This document shows, piece by piece, positions 1 to 9,607 of a stretch of DNA of 64,000 nucleotides. The notes beneath the pieces are model-generated. The model was given only the letters and a program-made list of their open reading frames with translations, did not search any database and was not told where the DNA came from. The position numbers and the translations under genes are program-made. Each line of letters starts with the position of its first letter. Position 1 is the first letter of the stretch. Source of the stretch: an uncultured delta proteobacterium. Its GTDB lineage: Bacteria > Myxococcota > UBA727 > VGSZ01. The stretch spans positions 800,001-864,000 of the forward strand of contig CAVZJB010000016.1 of assembly GCA_963775425.1 (NCBI GenBank), read 5' to 3'.

Positions 1-2
1 GC

Positions 3-1064
3 TGGGCGCGCCGCGTGGCCGCCCACATCGGCGCGGCGCACCACGAGGAGACCCTCGACGAGCGCGCGCTCCTCGACGTGCTGCCGCGGCTGGCCCGGCA
101 CCTCTCGGAGCCCTTCGCCGATCACTCGATCATCCCCACGTACCTGCTGTCGTCGTTCGCGCGCGAGAGCGTGACGGTGGCCCTCGGCGGCGACGGCGGC
201 GACGAGCTGTTCCTCGGCTATCCGACCTTCCAGGTCGAGGCGCTGCGGCCCGCCGCCTTCGATCACGCCACCTTCGCGACGCGCCCGGCGTTTGCGCGGC
301 TGCTGGCGGTGGCGCGGCGCTTGCCAGTGTCCCACGAGGACTTCTCGCTCGACTTCAAGCTGCAGCGAACGCTCGACGGGCTCGCGGAGCCGTCGGCGCT
401 GCGGCGCCACCAGCTCTTCCTCACGGGCGCCACGGACGCGCGCGTGCGCCGGCTGCTCGCCGTTGATCCGGGCCCCGGCGACATGCTCGCCGTCCTCGAC
501 GACCTCGAGCGCGCCGCCGCCGGCGCCGGCGCCCGCGACACCTTCGACGTGCTGCAGGTGGGCTACGCGAGGACGTACCTGGCGGCGGGCGTGTTGCAGA
601 AGGTGGACCGCGCGTCGATGGCGGCGTCGTTGGAGGTGCGGGCGCCGCTCCTCGACAACGACGTCGTCGACCTCGCGCTCGCGCTGCCGTCGTCGGAGAA
701 GCTGCACCGGCTGCGCACCAAGGCGATCCTGAAGGACGTCGCCGTGGCGGCGGGCGTGCCGCGCGAGGTGGTGCACCGAAGGAAGAAGGGCTTCGGCGTG
801 CCGGTGGCGTCGTGGCTCGCGGGGCCCCTGCGGCCGCTCGTCGACGAGCTCCTGTCCCGGCGCGCGCTCGAGGAAGACGGCGCGCTCGACGCTCGTGTGG
901 TGCGCGCGCTCGTCGACGAGCACATGCAGAGGCGCGCGAACCACCGCAAGCAACTGTGGTCGATCCTGATGTACCGCCTGTGGCGCACGCGCCCGCGCGA
1001 GCCCGCGCAGGACGGCGCGCACGGGCCGCACGGCGCGCTCGCCACGGCGAGGCCTGCGCCGTGA
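3..1064 (+). CDS. asnB: Asparagine synthase (glutamine-hydrolysing) family amidotransferase, C-terminal part; 5' end lies outside the window
   Basis: Motifs EPFADHS, VALGGDGGDELFLGY, KVDRASMAASLEVRAPLLD, RRKKGFGVP. The frame is open from the window edge. Confidence 0.9.
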   Translation, partial: WARRVAAHIGAAHHEETLDERALLDVLPRLARHLSEPFADHSIIPTYLLSSFARESVTVALGGDGGDELFLGYPTFQVEALRPAAFDHATFATRPAFARLLAVARRLPVSHEDFSLDFKLQRTLDGLAEPSALRRHQLFLTGATDARVRRLLAVDPGPGDMLAVLDDLERAAAGAGARDTFDVLQVGYARTYLAAGVLQKVDRASMAASLEVRAPLLDNDVVDLALALPSSEKLHRLRTKAILKDVAVAAGVPREVVHRRKKGFGVPVASWLAGPLRPLVDELLSRRALEEDGALDARVVRALVDEHMQRRANHRKQLWSILMYRLWRTRPREPAQDGAHGPHGALATARPAP

Positions 1065-2209
1065 GCGCCTCGAGGGAACCGCCCGCCGCCGTGCGCGCCT
1101 CGAGCGCACCGCCCGCCGCCGCCGCCGCCGCCGGCGCCCCGCGCGCCGCCGCCGCGGGCGTGGGCGACGACGACGCCGGGGCAGACGGGGGCGCCGCGGG
1201 CGCGGCCGCGGTGGTGGCCCTGTTCGCGCTCTCTGTCGCGATGGTCGTCGCGGTGCCGTGGTGCGAGCGCGATCGCGTGCCGGACCCGGGGGTATGGAAG
1301 GAAGCGCTCGCGCACGACGTCGGCGCGCTCCGGCCTCACGACCTGGTGCTCGTGCATCCCCCGTGGCGCGACGACGTCGTCAAGGCGCTGCGTGGCGTGC
1401 CCGGTCTGCCGCCGGGCGTCGTCATCACCGACGCGCTCGCGCCGCGCCACGGGGATCCCCTGGCGCCGCTCGTCGTCGTGCGCGAGGCCGGCGGGCCGCC
1501 GCTGCCGCGCGCGCTGCGCGGGCTCGTCGAGGAGCGCACGCGCTTCGAGGAGGGCGGCGTCGAGATCATCCGCCTGGCTGCGTCCGCCAGCGACGACGAG
1601 GTCGGGGTGCGCGACCTGTCCGACGACATCGCCCAGGCGCACGTCGAGGTGCGCATGGAGCCGCGCCCGCCGCCGGGCCCCGCCCTCCTGCCCCCGGCGC
1701 CCGCGGCGGGTCCTCCGCCGTCGACGGCGCCCGGCGGATTGGGCGGCATCAAGCGCGGCCGCTCCCCCCCGTCGCTGATCGGCTGTCCCTGGGACGCGCT
1801 CCAGGGACGCCATGTGTGCCCCGGCTTGCCCGCGTGGATGCACGTCGGCGTCGAGCAGCTCCCGATCGACGGCAAGCGGGTGGCGTGCACGTGGGCGCAC
1901 CCGATCACGGGGGGCGCCGTCGTCGTCGACTTCCCCCACGCGCACCTGCTGGCGCACCTGAAGCTCGAGCTCGCGCTCACCGACGGCGCCGCCGACAACA
2001 CCACCGCCGCCCCCGTGAGCGCCGCCCTCGCCGTCGACGGCGTCCCGGTGGCGACGCTCGACAAGCCGCCGGGCCGCCGCGGCTTCGTCAGCCGCACCGT
2101 GGCCGTCGACGGCGCGCCGCGCGACGGGTCCGTCGAGCTGCGCATCACCACGCCCCACGACGGCCAGCGCCACACGTGCTTCCGGCTCACGACGTCGGAG
2201 GCGCCGTGA
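1061..2209 (+). CDS. Hypothetical membrane-anchored extracytoplasmic protein (one TM segment, C-terminal beta-sandwich/CBM-like region)
   Basis: GTG at 1061 overlaps the asnB stop (GTGA). Hydrophobic AAAVVALFALSVAMVVAV segment; WAHP and Cys-containing C-terminal domain. GC3-biased codons. Confidence 0.7.
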   Translation: MSASREPPAAVRASSAPPAAAAAAGAPRAAAAGVGDDDAGADGGAAGAAAVVALFALSVAMVVAVPWCERDRVPDPGVWKEALAHDVGALRPHDLVLVHPPWRDDVVKALRGVPGLPPGVVITDALAPRHGDPLAPLVVVREAGGPPLPRALRGLVEERTRFEEGGVEIIRLAASASDDEVGVRDLSDDIAQAHVEVRMEPRPPPGPALLPPAPAAGPPPSTAPGGLGGIKRGRSPPSLIGCPWDALQGRHVCPGLPAWMHVGVEQLPIDGKRVACTWAHPITGGAVVVDFPHAHLLAHLKLELALTDGAADNTTAAPVSAALAVDGVPVATLDKPPGRRGFVSRTVAVDGAPRDGSVELRITTPHDGQRHTCFRLTTSEAP

Positions 2210-3942
2210 CGCCCGCCGTCGCCGCCATCGTCCACGCCGTGGCGTCGCCGTCTCGACGGTCCCGAGCCGCGTGCGCCGCCCTCATCTTCCTCGCGACCTT
2301 CGCGCTGCACGCGGCGCTCCTGCCGAGCCAGGGGCTCACCGACGACGACGACTTCTACGCGCCCGCCGGCATCTCGTACGCGCACTGGCTCGGCGAGGTC
2401 TTCACCGCACCGGCGACGGCGTTTTCCCGCGGCGGCGTCGACGCCGCGTTCCGCGCGAACCACGAGCACCCGCCCGTCGCCAAGGTGGTGTTCGGCGTCG
2501 CCCACGCCGTCGCCCACGGCGCCTTCGGCGACCTCGACGCCGCCCGCCTCGGCTGCGCCGCCTTCGCGGCCGCCGTCGCCGCGCTCCTCGTGCTCCTGCT
2601 GTGGGACACGCTCGGCCGCGCGCAGGCCCTCGCCGCGCCGGTGTTGCTCCTGTCGCTGCCGCGGTTCTTCTTCCACAGCGAAGTGGCCACGCTCGACGTG
2701 CCCGTCGCCTTCGCCGTCCTCGCCGTGACCGCCGTCTACTTCTTCGCGGAGGCGCCGGGCGGGGCGGCGCGCCACGGCAGGGCCTGGGCCCCCGTCGTCG
2801 CCGGCGTCGTCTTCGGGCTCGCGCTCGGCGTGAAGCTCAACGCGCCGTTCGCCGTGGTCCCGTGCGCGCTGTGGTCGCTCCTCGGCCGCTGGCGCGGCTT
2901 TCGCGTCGAAGGCGCGTCGCTCGTCATCCCCCCCGTGCCGCGCTCGCTCGTGTGGATGATCGTCCTCGGGCCGCTGGTGTTCGTGGCGACGTGGCCGTGG
3001 CTGTGGTTCGACACCTTGCAGCGGCTGGGCGCGTACGTCGCCTTCCACCTGCACCACTACCCGATCTACTTGTTCTACGACGGCGAGATCTGGGACAAGC
3101 CCTTCGCCCCGTGGCACGCGGTGCTGTTCCTCGGCTTCGGCAGCATCCCCCTCCCCGTCGTCGCCCTCGGTCTCCTCGGCGCGTGGCGCGGCGCGCGCGC
3201 GCTCGCCCGCATCGCGCGGCTCGCCGACGACGAAGGCGGCGTCCCCGACGTCACGCGCGGCGACAAGCTGCGTGCGCTCCTCCTGTTGCAGGCGGCGTTT
3301 TCGATGCTCGTGGTCATGAACCCCGGCATCCCCCGCTACGGCGGCGAGAAGCTCTTCATGCCGTTGTTTCCCCTGTGGTGCGCCCTCGCCGCCGACGGCG
3401 CCGTCGTCGTCGCCCGCGCGACCCTCCGCCTCGCCGCCGGAGCTGCGGCCCGGCGCCGGCGACCGGATCGACGCCGCGTGGCCTTCGCCGCGGCCGTCGT
3501 CGTCGCCCTCGCCTGCGCCCCGGGCGTCGCCGGCACCGCGCGCTTCTTCGGCGGCTATGCGCTCAGCTACTACGGGGAGCTGCTCGGCGGCCTGCGCGGC
3601 GCCGTGGCGCGCGGCGACGAGCGCACCTACTACGACGTCGCGGACAAGCCGCTCGCGCGTCTCCTCGACGCCCAGTGCGCGCGGCAGCCCACGATGTGCG
3701 CCGTGCACTTCGAGCCCAACCACAAGGAGTACGTGCGCACCTACCGCTGGCTGCAGCGCGACGGCGTCATCTCTTCGAAGTTGAAGCTCGTCGGCGACCT
3801 CGCCCACGCCTCGGTGGTGGTCCTCACGCACGAGCGCCGCTGGTCGACCTACCCCGCGCTCAAGGCCGAGCTCGAGCACCTCACGCCCATCACCGAAAAG
3901 GCCGTCGACGGCGTCCCGCTTTACACGGTCTATCGGCGCTGA
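2206..3942 (+). CDS. GT-C fold membrane glycosyltransferase (ArnT/PMT, GT39/GT83-like)
   Basis: GTG at 2206 overlaps the upstream stop. Acidic GLTDDDDFY loop, NHEHPPVAK motif, many TM segments, GLALGVKLNA. Confidence 0.82.
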   Translation: MTPAVAAIVHAVASPSRRSRAACAALIFLATFALHAALLPSQGLTDDDDFYAPAGISYAHWLGEVFTAPATAFSRGGVDAAFRANHEHPPVAKVVFGVAHAVAHGAFGDLDAARLGCAAFAAAVAALLVLLLWDTLGRAQALAAPVLLLSLPRFFFHSEVATLDVPVAFAVLAVTAVYFFAEAPGGAARHGRAWAPVVAGVVFGLALGVKLNAPFAVVPCALWSLLGRWRGFRVEGASLVIPPVPRSLVWMIVLGPLVFVATWPWLWFDTLQRLGAYVAFHLHHYPIYLFYDGEIWDKPFAPWHAVLFLGFGSIPLPVVALGLLGAWRGARALARIARLADDEGGVPDVTRGDKLRALLLLQAAFSMLVVMNPGIPRYGGEKLFMPLFPLWCALAADGAVVVARATLRLAAGAAARRRRPDRRRVAFAAAVVVALACAPGVAGTARFFGGYALSYYGELLGGLRGAVARGDERTYYDVADKPLARLLDAQCARQPTMCAVHFEPNHKEYVRTYRWLQRDGVISSKLKLVGDLAHASVVVLTHERRWSTYPALKAELEHLTPITEKAVDGVPLYTVYRR

Positions 3943-3984
3943 CGCTCACGATCCTCGACGGCGCCGACGCCGTGTCTATCGTAG

Positions 3985-4482
3985 ATGCCGATGCCCGAAA
4001 TCCAGCGACCGAGCGCGACCCAGGAGCTCCCCGCCGACCTCCAGGCGCTCGAGCGCCTCGCGAAGGCGATGGATCGCGCGGTCAAGGTGCCCGGCCTGCC
4101 GATCGAGCTCGGGCTCGATGCCGTGCTCGGCCTCCTGCCCGGCGCGGGTGATCTCGCCGCGGGCGCCGTGTCGGCGGCGCTGCTCGTAGGTGCGCTGCGC
4201 CACCGCGTCCCCCTCGTGGTGGTGGCCAGGATGGCGTTGTGGATCCTGTTCGACATCGTCCTCGGCGTCGTCCCCGTCGCCGGCGACTTCCTCGACGTGC
4301 TCTTTCAGAGCAACACGCGGAACATCGCGCTCCTGCTCGAGCACAGGGACACCACCCGCGAGCCGCGCTCGATCCCGAGGGTGGTCGGCGTCGTCCTCGC
4401 CGTGTTCCTGGGGCTCGCGGGGATGAGCGCGGCCTTCTACGGCGTCATCGCGTGGGCCGCCATCCACGCAGCGCGCAGGTGA
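3985..4482 (+). CDS. DUF4112 family membrane protein
   Basis: LAKAMDRAVKVPGLPIELGLDAVLGLLPGAGD and GVVPVAGDFLDVLFQSNTRN match the DUF4112 pattern. Alternative start at 3991. Confidence 0.85.
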   Translation: MPMPEIQRPSATQELPADLQALERLAKAMDRAVKVPGLPIELGLDAVLGLLPGAGDLAAGAVSAALLVGALRHRVPLVVVARMALWILFDIVLGVVPVAGDFLDVLFQSNTRNIALLLEHRDTTREPRSIPRVVGVVLAVFLGLAGMSAAFYGVIAWAAIHAARR

Positions 4483-4491
4483 CGTCGCTTG

Positions 4492-6720
4492 TCAGCGGCG
4501 CCGGAGCTCGACGTCGAGCGCGGCGCCCAGGTGGCCCACGCGCGCGCCGACGACGGCGCCGTCGAGCGTGCGGGTCTTCGGAACGCCGCCGTCACCCGAG
4601 CGCGTGACCGTGAGGCCGCGCACGTCGACGCGGGGGAACATCGGCGCGCCCACCACCCAGTCCGCGGAGCCCGGCACCGGGTGGAGGCCGAACGCGGCGA
4701 GGGCCCACCATGACGACAGCGCGCCGCCGTCGTCGTTGCCGGGGAGGCCGTCTTGGCCCGGCCCGTATTGCGTGGACATCACCCACGACACGAACGACGA
4801 CGCGAGCGCGTCGTCGCCGAGCTCATAGGCCAGGGACGACACGTGGAGCGACGGCTCGTTGCCCTGCCAGTGAAACGGCAGCGGCTGCACCCCGAGGGTG
4901 GACGCCGACGACGACGCGCGCGTGTCCCAATCGTCGCGCGTGCGATCGAACAGATCGCGCAGGCGGGCGGCGGCGCCGTCGTCGCCGCCGTAGACGGCGC
5001 GGATGCCCTCGACGTCGTCGAGCGGGAACAGCGACTGCCAGGCGTCGGCCTCGACGTAGTCGTCGCTGAAGTGCTCGGGCGCAAACTCGCTCTCGGCGAT
5101 GGTGAAGGCGCCGTCGGCGTCGCGGGCGCGCAGGAAGCCGCTGTCGGCGTCGAAGAGCTCGCGCCACCCCGTGCTGCGCGCGCGCAGGCGGGCGGCGTCG
5201 TCGTCGTGGCCGAGCGCGTCCGCGAACCTGGCGAGCGCCGTGTCGTCCTCCGCGTACTCGAGCGTGGCGGACACCGGCGCGCGCAGCGGCGACGGCACCC
5301 ACCCGCCCTGGGCGTCGTACGCCATGACGTCGCCGCGCCCGCCCCGACCGCTCGGCGGATCGCCGGCGTCGAGCGCGGCGCCGCGCAGGATGTCCCACGC
5401 GGCGACGACGTCGGGATCGTCCGCGGCGATGTCGCCGCGCGCGAGCGCGTCGGCGAGGACCACCTCGCCGGGGCTGCCGATCATCACGGAGGCGTCGCCG
5501 GTGGCCATCGGCCACAGCGGGCCGTGCCCGAGGAGCTCGGTCCACACGGCGATGCTCTTGGCGACGTCGTGGGCGTCGGCGGGCGCGACCAGCGAATACA
5601 GCGGCTGCACCGTGCGGTACGTGTCCCACAAGGACAGGTCCGTCATCATGCGAAAGCCGTCGGCGTGGTGGACGCCGCCGTCGGGGCCGCGGAAGCGACC
5701 GTCGACGTCGCTCTCGACGTCGGGCATCAGGAAGGAGCGATACAGCGCCGACGCGAGCATGGTGACGTCGTGGCCGGCGGCGGCTGCGGGATCGGCGACG
5801 CTCACCTTCACCGGCGACAGGATCGCGTCCCACGCCGCGCGCGCCTGCTCCTGGGACGCCGCGTACGCGGTGCCCGACGGCAGCTCCGCCTCGAGGTTCC
5901 GCGCGGCGCCGTCGACGTCGACCAGCGAGAGCCCCACGCGCAGCTCCACCGGCGAAGACGCGTCGCGCGGGCCGAAGTGGAGCGCGGCGCCGAAGCCGGT
6001 GTCAGCGGCGGTGAAGGAAGCCGCGCTCTCGAGGGCGAAGAACACGTCGTAGCCGCCGGCGGGCGACAGCGATCCCTCGGTGTGCAGCGTGCCCGTGATG
6101 CGCGCACCGTCGACGTCGTAGTGCGCGTCGTCGACGGTGCCTTCGACGAGCGTGCGGAACAGGTCGACGACGACCACGGCGTCGGCGGTGCCGTCGGGGA
6201 ACGTGACGCGCCACGCGGCGACATGCGGCCCGGGCGCGGCCAGCTCGACGGAGACGTCGGGCTCGACGAGGTGCACCGCGTAGCTGCCGGCGCGCGCGCG
6301 TTCGCGGTCGCGCGTGGCCGCGTATTGCACCGCGCGCGGGTGAGCGGCGTCGAACGACGTCGTGGGCATCATGGCGATGACGCCGCCGTCGGGCAGCCCC
6401 GTGCCCTGCAGGTGCAGGTGCGAGAAGCACAGGATGGTCGGGTCCTCGGCCCAGTTGCCCGACGTGTGCACGAAGCGGACTTCGCCGAAGGAGCCCGTGG
6501 TGTCGGGGCCGGCCTTCACGAGCCCGTGCGGCGCGGCGGCGCCGAGGAACGACGCGCCGTAGGCGAAGGCGAAGCCGCCGGTGCCGATGGTGGGATCGAC
6601 CTTGTCGACGAGGGGCCCCACGGACACGAGCTCCGGCGCCGGCGGCGCGCACGCGGCGCCCGCCGCCACGGCGAAGGCGGCGGCGGCGAACGAGCGGGCG
6701 CGCGTCGAGGATCGGGGCAT
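4492..6720 (-). CDS. GH92 family glycoside hydrolase (alpha-mannosidase-like), lipoprotein
   Basis: VDPTIGTGG, FSHLHLQGTG, SLWDTYRT, SATLEYA, GNEPSLH, GLPGNDDGGALSSW; lipobox-like GAAC after a hydrophobic leader. Confidence 0.92.
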   Translation of the reverse strand: MPRSSTRARSFAAAAFAVAAGAACAPPAPELVSVGPLVDKVDPTIGTGGFAFAYGASFLGAAAPHGLVKAGPDTTGSFGEVRFVHTSGNWAEDPTILCFSHLHLQGTGLPDGGVIAMMPTTSFDAAHPRAVQYAATRDRERARAGSYAVHLVEPDVSVELAAPGPHVAAWRVTFPDGTADAVVVVDLFRTLVEGTVDDAHYDVDGARITGTLHTEGSLSPAGGYDVFFALESAASFTAADTGFGAALHFGPRDASSPVELRVGLSLVDVDGAARNLEAELPSGTAYAASQEQARAAWDAILSPVKVSVADPAAAAGHDVTMLASALYRSFLMPDVESDVDGRFRGPDGGVHHADGFRMMTDLSLWDTYRTVQPLYSLVAPADAHDVAKSIAVWTELLGHGPLWPMATGDASVMIGSPGEVVLADALARGDIAADDPDVVAAWDILRGAALDAGDPPSGRGGRGDVMAYDAQGGWVPSPLRAPVSATLEYAEDDTALARFADALGHDDDAARLRARSTGWRELFDADSGFLRARDADGAFTIAESEFAPEHFSDDYVEADAWQSLFPLDDVEGIRAVYGGDDGAAARLRDLFDRTRDDWDTRASSSASTLGVQPLPFHWQGNEPSLHVSSLAYELGDDALASSFVSWVMSTQYGPGQDGLPGNDDGGALSSWWALAAFGLHPVPGSADWVVGAPMFPRVDVRGLTVTRSGDGGVPKTRTLDGAVVGARVGHLGAALDVELRRR

Positions 6721-6752
6721 CGTCGCAGGTGCCGTCGACGTCGTCGTCGTCG

Positions 6753-8828
6753 TCACTGGCGGCGGCGGCGGCGGCGGCGGCGGCGCCGGGACTGAAGCGC
6801 CGTGAGGCCGAAGAGCGCGGCGAGGCCCGACCACGCCGGCGCCGTGTCCGCCACCGACGTGCAGCCGCACACCGGCGTGCCGTCCTTGGCGCAGACGTAC
6901 TGGTTGGCGTCGTCGAAGACGCAGGCGAAGCCGCCGGAGGCGTCGCACACGCCGTGGTTGGTGTCGCACGCGTCGGGCACGCAGATGCCGCCCTGGCCGC
7001 CGGGCTGCGCGGCGGGCGCCTTGCCCTCGTCGCAGGTGTAGCCCGAGGGGCAGTCGCCCTGATCGCAGGGACGCGTGCACACGCCCTTCTCACACAGGCC
7101 GCTGGTGCAGTCGCCGTCCTCGGCGCACAGCGTGAACGTCTTGTGATCGCCGGGCGTGCCCGTGCAGGTGCCGAGCAGATCGTTGGGGTTTGCGACGGCG
7201 CAGGCGTCGTGCGGGTCGGGGCAGTCGAAGTTGCCGCGGGTGACGCGGCACGCGCCGTCGGGCGGCGGCGTGTCGCCTTCGCCCTCGCCCTCGCCTTCGC
7301 CCTCGCCCTCGCCTTCGCCGCCGCCGCCGCAGAACGACAGCCCGCCTTGCGCGGCGGTGCAGGTCGCGTTCGGGTCCGAGCACGTGTAGCCCTGGCTGCA
7401 CAGCCCGTGGCAGAAGCCGTCGTTCAGGCAGATGAGGCCGCGGCCGCACTCGTCGGTGCTCCCCGCGCCGCAGGAGCCGCCCTCGGGGACGTCGCCGTGG
7501 GGGAAGCACGCGGCGGAGCCGTCGCCGAACAGCGCCAGGCAGTTCTCGGTGTTGTCGCAGCCGGAGCCGGTGGTGCCATCGCACGTCGCGCGGCAAAAGC
7601 CCGAGGTCTGCGTGTCGAGAACGCAGGCGAGGCCGGACACGCACCCGTTTTGCTGATCGCAGGCCTGGCCGCGCAAGCGGCTGCCGCCGGGGACGCACAC
7701 GCCCGCCGACGCCGGCACCCCCTGCCCTTGAAGCTGAACGCAGTCCTCGTTGGTGCCGCACCCCGTGTTCGTCTGCGAGTTGCAGCCGGCGAAGCACTGG
7801 TTGGTGTTGTTGCCGGCGTCGAGGCAGACGTTGCAGCCCGGGGCGATGTTGGCGCCGTCGCAGGCGGAGGCGCAGCCGGGCGGGTTGCAGGCGTCCCCGG
7901 GCTGGGCCACGCCCGTCGACGAGAACACGCACTGCTGCGAGCCGCCGACCGAGGAGCACACCATGCCGCCCGGGCAGGTCCCCGTGCAGCTCTCCGAGCA
8001 GAAGCTCGCGCCGTCGACGGTGAGGCAGTCGCCGCTGTCGCAGTCGCCGCTCCCCGCGCAGGGGCTGCCGAGCAGGCCCGGCGCCGGGTAGAGCTGCTGG
8101 ATGCCCTGGATGTCGCCCTGCTGCGGCCCGAGCGGGTCACCGCAGGTGTCGTTGGGGGTGGCGTTGCCGCAACCGGAGAAGCCGCCCGACGACACCGCCG
8201 ACATCAGCGCGCCGCAGCCGATGCACGGGTGCCCGAGGCCGAGGCCGTGGCCCATCTCGTGGGTGAGCGTGGAGCGCGACGAGTTGGCGCTCCAGTCAAA
8301 GGCGCAGTTGCCGCTGGTGTCGCAGACGCCGTTCATGACGGTGTCGGCGTCGGAGATGTCGTTGCCGCCGTTGAAGCAGCGGTCGTTGATGGCGATGGTG
8401 ACGCCGAGGGCGTTGTTGAGCGAGCTCTGGTCGAGGCCCTGGTTGGTCCAGTCCTGGACCGTGGTGACCCAGAAGATGGAGTTGCTGCCGTTGTCGACGC
8501 CGAACTGGCGGATGGCCTGCCGCCCGTCGTCGGAGAGCTGGAGGCTCGACACGGACATCCAGGACTGTCGCGCGGCCGCGATCTCGTTGTTCCAGCGGGT
8601 GGACGACACGCCCCGCGCGCCCGACGGCAGGGTGGTCTTGTCGTAGCTGTACGCGACGACGGCGGGCTGCCAGCGGGCGGCGGTGGTGGCGTTGCAGGCG
8701 CCGCAGCCGTCGCCGCTGGGGTTGCCGTTGGCGTCGATGCCGTCGCAGAGGAAACGGAACTCCTGCTGGGCCAACGCCGGCGAAGACGCCAGCGCGACGA
8801 GGGCGACGGGAGCGAGGAGCGCGCGCAT
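6753..8828 (-). CDS. Secreted matrixin (M10-like) zinc metalloprotease with Cys-rich repeats and MYXO-CTERM anchor
   Basis: Signal peptide; HEMGHGLGLGH zinc motif followed by Met-turn (ALM); long Cys-rich region; GE linker; C-terminal CGC, TM helix and poly-Arg. Confidence 0.88.
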   Translation of the reverse strand: MRALLAPVALVALASSPALAQQEFRFLCDGIDANGNPSGDGCGACNATTAARWQPAVVAYSYDKTTLPSGARGVSSTRWNNEIAAARQSWMSVSSLQLSDDGRQAIRQFGVDNGSNSIFWVTTVQDWTNQGLDQSSLNNALGVTIAINDRCFNGGNDISDADTVMNGVCDTSGNCAFDWSANSSRSTLTHEMGHGLGLGHPCIGCGALMSAVSSGGFSGCGNATPNDTCGDPLGPQQGDIQGIQQLYPAPGLLGSPCAGSGDCDSGDCLTVDGASFCSESCTGTCPGGMVCSSVGGSQQCVFSSTGVAQPGDACNPPGCASACDGANIAPGCNVCLDAGNNTNQCFAGCNSQTNTGCGTNEDCVQLQGQGVPASAGVCVPGGSRLRGQACDQQNGCVSGLACVLDTQTSGFCRATCDGTTGSGCDNTENCLALFGDGSAACFPHGDVPEGGSCGAGSTDECGRGLICLNDGFCHGLCSQGYTCSDPNATCTAAQGGLSFCGGGGEGEGEGEGEGEGEGDTPPPDGACRVTRGNFDCPDPHDACAVANPNDLLGTCTGTPGDHKTFTLCAEDGDCTSGLCEKGVCTRPCDQGDCPSGYTCDEGKAPAAQPGGQGGICVPDACDTNHGVCDASGGFACVFDDANQYVCAKDGTPVCGCTSVADTAPAWSGLAALFGLTALQSRRRRRRRRRRQ

Positions 8829-9445
8829 CAGTGCCTCCCCGGGAGCCGCGGCGCGAGCACCTTCTTGTGCGGCGGCTGCGGCAGGTCCTTCATCACGATG
8901 GCGGCCCGAACGGTGTTCTCGAAGGACGCCAGCGAGTCGTAGCGGCGAACCTCCGGCGGCTTCATCTCGGTGGTGACGACGTCACCGACGTCCTCCTCCA
9001 CCTGTGGGCCCGTGAGCGAATCGACGACCTTGAACAGGCCGAAGCCGATGCCGTAGGGGACCACCACGTTTTCGCCGTAGCGCTTCTGGTGGAGGCTGTT
9101 GACCGCGAAGATGACGAGGTGCTCGCCCTTGTCGAAGTGGTGCGCGCCCGCGATCCACGCCGTCTTGCCGTCGTACGTGCCGCCGAGCTGGTAGATGACC
9201 AGGCGCTCGCCCGTCTTCCACTGCCCCTTGATGGCGTTCTTGATGGTGACCGGGGTCAGCGTGACGATGCGGCCCGCTTCCTTGTGCGCGACCCCGGTGC
9301 CCACCTCGACCTCGGCGATGACGTCGGAGGCCACCGCCATCTCCTCGAGGGAGGGGACCACCACGACGGTGGCGTGGGCGCCGCCGGCCCAGACGGCGGC
9401 GACGAGGAGGGGGGCGGCGGCGACGAGGAACGGAGGAGAGCGCAT
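8828..9445 (-). CDS. Secreted hypothetical protein, partner of the matrixin
   Basis: Signal peptide ending AHA; TVVVVPSLEEMAVASDVIAEVEV motif; its stop overlaps the matrixin start (TGATG). Confidence 0.8.
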   Translation of the reverse strand: MRSPPFLVAAAPLLVAAVWAGGAHATVVVVPSLEEMAVASDVIAEVEVGTGVAHKEAGRIVTLTPVTIKNAIKGQWKTGERLVIYQLGGTYDGKTAWIAGAHHFDKGEHLVIFAVNSLHQKRYGENVVVPYGIGFGLFKVVDSLTGPQVEEDVGDVVTTEMKPPEVRRYDSLASFENTVRAAIVMKDLPQPPHKKVLAPRLPGRH

Positions 9446-9607
9446 GGTCACCGGGCTACCAGCCGAACTGCGATCCGTCACCGGGAGCCCGGCTGACAGA
9501 GTGGTGTAGGTCACAGTCCCACATCGCCCCGCCGCTCCCGCGGCGCCCGGGGCAACCCGTCCAGTTTATGGGTTGTGGGTGCAAACGATGCGATGCTGCC
9601 GCCGTCT

